A DNA stretch of 64,000 nucleotides, from the IMG/VR virus record IMGVR_UViG_3300013232_000486, one strand, 5' to 3'. The translations under genes were made by a program, and so were the position numbers. Positions 60,537-64,000 of the stretch are shown in pieces. Numbering within the stretch: the stretch's first letter is position 1; each line of letters opens with the position of its first letter. The notes beneath the pieces were generated by a model that was not told the origin of the DNA, made no database searches, and worked only from the letters and a program-made list of their open reading frames with translations. This stretch comes from a virus (lineage: Duplodnaviria; Heunggongvirae; Uroviricota; Caudoviricetes).

Positions 60537-61039
60537 GACTTGAACCCAGACGTCTTTGCGATCGTCTTTACGCTGGCGAAGGCCATTCCAGGACTCATCA
60601 CCGATTGGAGGGCCTCGTTAATGGCCATCCATAGCTCTTTTTTGCTCAGGCTTACTTGCCTTCCGTCATTCCGTGTATAAATGAATCCATGCTCTGGACG
60701 ACTCGGATCTGGTTCCGTTATCTCTTGCGCAACGCTTCGCATAATCGGGGTAAGCTGCTCCATCAATGTTTCGTTCTCAATGGACTGCAACGAGAACGGA
60801 AGGTCCATCTTTATCTCTGGCTTAAGCCTCTTCGGGTCCGTTTCCGTTTCTAACTGGAGCCTTCTGCTGGCCTCGTACTCCTCTAATTTTTTGAGGAGCC
60901 TGTCCCTAGCCTTGGACTTGATCTCCTCGATGTCATACTCGGAGATCGCAGCCAGCTTCTTTATTTCAGAGGCGAATTTCTCAGCCATCTGAGCCACTAC
61001 CTCCGTTCTTTCGAACAGCCTCGTAGCAATAGTCACCAT
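60533..61039 (-). CDS. hypothetical helical protein (168 aa)
   Basis: GAGAGGA SD; natural-looking charged composition; convergent 4-nt overlap with the multi-GT gene; own promoter motif. Confidence 0.75.
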   Translation of the reverse strand: MVTIATRLFERTEVVAQMAEKFASEIKKLAAISEYDIEEIKSKARDRLLKKLEEYEASRRLQLETETDPKRLKPEIKMDLPFSLQSIENETLMEQLTPIMRSVAQEITEPDPSRPEHGFIYTRNDGRQVSLSKKELWMAINEALQSVMSPGMAFASVKTIAKTSGFKS

Positions 61040-61079
61040 GAGCTTTCCTCTCTCAACTCACTCATGCTTCCTTAATGGA

Positions 61080-61134
61080 CTTCGAATCGTCTCGGTGGTG
61101 TTCCTTCAAGGATTTAGCCCTTAGCATAGAGAAC
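61080..61134. promoter_or_regulatory. back-to-back putative late promoters (AAGGA-N16-KMGAA)
   Basis: Minus strand: AAGGA(61106-61102)-16-TCGAAG(61085-61080). Plus strand: AAGGA(61108-61112)-16-GAGAAC(61129-61134). Confidence 0.55.
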
Positions 61135-61154
61135 AAGCCTCTAGGAGACCCCTC

Positions 61155-62135
61155 ATGGCCGACACTCTCTATTTCACCGCTGGCCAGCTAGCAGCGTTGA
61201 CCGCCTTGTTCACGACATCGCCAAGCGGCCAGCCCATAGACGTACCAGACGCGCAAGTACAAGTTTTCGGGTCTGGTGGCGACACGATCATGGGTCCAGT
61301 CAGCATGACTCAGATCGTAACTGGGTTCTACTTCTATGATTGGGTCATCCCGAACTCGACTCCAGTTGGCGCGTATACCGTCAAGTACTCTGGAACGGTG
61401 CTTGGCATCCCCACGGCATCCATCGGAAACATCCAAGTATTCCCATATGGAACGCCCGCTGGCGTGACGATGACCCCGCAGCAAGTCGCCTTGATCGCTG
61501 GCCTCGAAACGTATTTGGGATGCATGCAAGCAATTCCCGTGTATAGCGAGGTGGCCAGGAGGAATTCCACAAGGTCGGAGTTCCAGTTCACCTTCCCCAG
61601 ATGGAACATGAGTAACCATTCCGTCTTCGTGAACAACGAGGAAGTCACGTCTGGATTTGCGATTGACACTGACGCTGGACGCATCAGATTCGACTCTCCG
61701 CTGCTGGATTCCGATGCCGTTCGAGCCACGTATACGTTCAGGTTCTTTTCTTCCACCGACTTACTAAGGTTCATCAACGACGCCATCAACAACCTGAACG
61801 TCGGCCCTCCGCTATATTCTTGGACTCCAGAGACCTTGCCTTCGCAGATGTTTGGTGTTATCATGCAAGGGGCTGCGGCGCTGGCCATTCAGAAGCTCTT
61901 GATGTGCTGGAGCATCCAGCAGATCAGGAAGATCTTCGGTGACAAGGACGCGCAAGCCGTGCAGTCGAACTGGCAGTCGTTGAAGCAGAACTACGAGGAG
62001 CAGTTCAAGGAGTTGAGGGCTCAGGCAAAGATCAGCAGATACCCGACCCCAGCGGCGGTCATCGCGCCAGAGTACACGCTGCCAGGCGGAAGGTCGAGGT
62101 GGTTCCGCTACCTGTTCTCCTCATCTCTTGGCTAA
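61155..62135 (+). CDS. putative virion neck/head-tail connector-like protein
   Basis: N-terminal Ig-like domain (G.Y.Y.W.IP....G.Y.V); V.V....V......D...G.I.F..P...D.V.ATY module; FS..DL..FI..A...LN connector-like helices; SD AGGAG. Confidence 0.55.
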   Translation: MADTLYFTAGQLAALTALFTTSPSGQPIDVPDAQVQVFGSGGDTIMGPVSMTQIVTGFYFYDWVIPNSTPVGAYTVKYSGTVLGIPTASIGNIQVFPYGTPAGVTMTPQQVALIAGLETYLGCMQAIPVYSEVARRNSTRSEFQFTFPRWNMSNHSVFVNNEEVTSGFAIDTDAGRIRFDSPLLDSDAVRATYTFRFFSSTDLLRFINDAINNLNVGPPLYSWTPETLPSQMFGVIMQGAAALAIQKLLMCWSIQQIRKIFGDKDAQAVQSNWQSLKQNYEEQFKELRAQAKISRYPTPAAVIAPEYTLPGGRSRWFRYLFSSSLG

Positions 62136-62149
62136 GCAGGGGACTTGAA

Positions 62150-63856
62150 GTGATAATCATCCAAGCCGCTGAGGCTCCCAAGATAAGCCTTTCGCCAAAC
62201 GAGCAGAAGATATTCTCTTTCCTGCTCGAGGCCAATCAGAAACTCGGATTGAATTCCACCATGCGCGTGGCTGGTGGATGGGTTCGTGATAAGCTCCTCG
62301 GCAAAGACAGCAACGACATCGATGTCGCCATCGATAACATGAAGGGCGAGGACTTTGCCAATCAACTCAAGAAACTTGAGGGGCACCCAGCAGTTGGAAA
62401 GTCATACGTCGTAAAAGAGAATCCAGAACAATCAAAGCTGATTGGCAGCGCCAACGTGGTCATCTATGGCGAGCCGATCGACTTCGTGAACTTGCGAAAA
62501 GACGAGTACGATAAGGATTCAAGGATCCCTACTACGACAATGGCTACCCCACAAGAGGATGCCTTGCGTCGTGATCTTACCATCAACGCCATCTTCTATA
62601 ACATAAACAGTGGCCAAGTCGAGGATTATGTAAATGGAATCCAAGACTTGTCCACCATGACGCTCCGTACCCCAAGGGAACCAATCTTGTTGCTTCGTGA
62701 GGATCCTCTTCGCGCCTTGCGTTGGCTCAGGTTCTTTTCAAGGTATAAGGACGCAAAGATTGACCCCTCGCTCGTGGAGGCTCTCGCCAGTTCAGAGCTT
62801 CACGAAATGTACAAGACTAAGGTCAGCCCAACCAGAGCATTCCCAGAACTGAAGAAGTTAATGGAAGGCAGCAAGCCAGGGGAAGCCTTACGGGTTTTGT
62901 TTGACACTGGATTGTACAAGGCAGTCTTCAACACCCCGAAGTTCAGGGAATTATCAGACCTCAAAATGGACCAGAAGAACAAGCATCACGTCCATAATCT
63001 GATGGATCACACGTTTAACGTCATGGACGGCTTGAACAAAATAATGATTTCAGAGGGCGTCGATCCAGAGACGCGGATGCTCATGAACTTCGCGGCCATG
63101 TTCCACGATTTCGGAAAGGCTGGCCCGCAAGCGTTCGGAAAACCTGATAGCCCGAGGGTACAACAGCCTCATCCATCTCGCCCCGAAGAGATGATGTACA
63201 AGGGACACGAGAACGTATCTTCCGAGGTCGCAGACGAAATCCTCAAGACCATTGGTCTTGGGTCAAAGGCCAGACGATTCGTCTCCCAGATCATTGATAA
63301 CCACATGCTCCACGAATGGCCAGAGGCCGTTCCTGGTGTACCGTCAAGACAGACGAAGAAGCAGCAGCGCAAGTACTTCGAGAAAATGCATAGTCTTCTC
63401 TCTGGCCTTAAGCCAATCGAGAAGGGAACCGAGAACGACAAGCTGCCCTCTCGGCCCTATGGCGTCGACGAGTTGGCGAACCTGGCCATGATGCATGTTC
63501 GCTCAGACATCCTCGGGACTGGGCCTGGGCGCGAGCAAGAAGCCGAGCGAATCAAGCAACACCAAGAGAATCTGAAGCAGTACTACCCATTCTGGTCTTC
63601 CCTTCGCCCGCTTGTCAGGGGAGACGAGATCATCACGATGTTCCCGGCCCTAAAGGTCGGGAACACCGTTGATGGAAAGTCCTTTGTTGTCGATATAATA
63701 GAGAGGCTGAAGTTGGCGCAAGCTAACGGACAAATTTCGACGAGGGAAGAAGCCTTGAGTATGATCCAGCAGATGAGAGGCGGGATCATGGACAAGTACG
63801 GAAAGCCGAAGTCGGCCATTGCTTCGTGGTTTAACCGCATCGAGCAAGAAGGCTAA
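62150..63856 (+). CDS. cca: class II tRNA nucleotidyltransferase (CCA-adding enzyme) with HD domain
   Basis: RVAGGWVRDKLLG..S.DIDVA, IDFVNLR, EDALRRDLTINA, EDPLRALR; HD domain DHT...FHDFGK...GHE...NHM...D; GTG start at 62150 with GGGG SD. Confidence 0.92.
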   Translation: MIIIQAAEAPKISLSPNEQKIFSFLLEANQKLGLNSTMRVAGGWVRDKLLGKDSNDIDVAIDNMKGEDFANQLKKLEGHPAVGKSYVVKENPEQSKLIGSANVVIYGEPIDFVNLRKDEYDKDSRIPTTTMATPQEDALRRDLTINAIFYNINSGQVEDYVNGIQDLSTMTLRTPREPILLLREDPLRALRWLRFFSRYKDAKIDPSLVEALASSELHEMYKTKVSPTRAFPELKKLMEGSKPGEALRVLFDTGLYKAVFNTPKFRELSDLKMDQKNKHHVHNLMDHTFNVMDGLNKIMISEGVDPETRMLMNFAAMFHDFGKAGPQAFGKPDSPRVQQPHPSRPEEMMYKGHENVSSEVADEILKTIGLGSKARRFVSQIIDNHMLHEWPEAVPGVPSRQTKKQQRKYFEKMHSLLSGLKPIEKGTENDKLPSRPYGVDELANLAMMHVRSDILGTGPGREQEAERIKQHQENLKQYYPFWSSLRPLVRGDEIITMFPALKVGNTVDGKSFVVDIIERLKLAQANGQISTREEALSMIQQMRGGIMDKYGKPKSAIASWFNRIEQEG

Positions 63857-64000
63857 TGATAGTAAAGTTTGACATGGTGTTGATCGGATGCCTTTTAAGG
63901 TCGCATATCCACCCACCGCGACCAAAGCCGCCAGTCTTTGTCACAGTCATGACCGAAAGCGGCCCACAACTAATGAAGTGTGAGAAGAATCGTTGTCACG
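63856..64000 (+). CDS. 5' part of a CDS running off the window (MIVKFDMVLIGCLLRSHIHPPRPKPP...)
   Basis: TAATG coupling with the cca stop; frame open to the window end. Confidence 0.55.
   Translation, partial: MIVKFDMVLIGCLLRSHIHPPRPKPPVFVTVMTESGPQLMKCEKNRCH

Noticed and set aside
1-64000. CRISPR array, diversity-generating retroelement, intein, transposon or tRNA genes
   Set aside because: I saw no regularly spaced repeats, reverse transcriptase, TR/VR pair, intein motifs, transposase or cloverleaf other than the tmRNA ends. A by-eye scan could miss diverged repeats.

Overview
This window reads as a segment of a large (jumbo-type) tailed bacteriophage genome, not a bacterial chromosome. No capsid, terminase or portal gene is in view, so that assignment is an inference. 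Left end (1-6.5 kb): a complete tmRNA (ssrA; tag AKNVTRIDFAREGAVAMAA) with a sigma70 promoter and a perfect 38-bp palindrome, an intact M.SinI-like C5 DNA methyltransferase, two GT-B (GT4-like) glycosyltransferases, an unannotated 44-aa zinc-ribbon gene, a catalytically degenerate second C5-MTase, a degenerate ADP-ribosylglycohydrolase and a lipoprotein. Middle (6.6-52.2 kb): a tightly coupled, roughly 46-kb + strand run of very large putative virion (baseplate/fibre/decoration) proteins built from beta-propeller, FN3/Ig, Kelch, BNR, vWA, PA14, LamG-like, dockerin and HxH modules. Right end (52-64 kb): a GT4 fused to a small domain, a 1841-aa protein with five GT domains, a neck-like protein and a CCA-adding enzyme with an HD domain. 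The most unusual signals are: (i) nested 'Russian-doll' domain insertions, with several domains apparently split between separate genes; (ii) about eight GT domains flanking structural proteins that share GFSG/FSS serine motifs, suggesting a virion glycosylation system; (iii) an adjacent pair of pseudo-enzymes; (iv) strong CCGG depletion; and (v) a sigmaH-like promoter motif in front of the structural genes. All domain calls come from motif recognition by eye; no searches were run.
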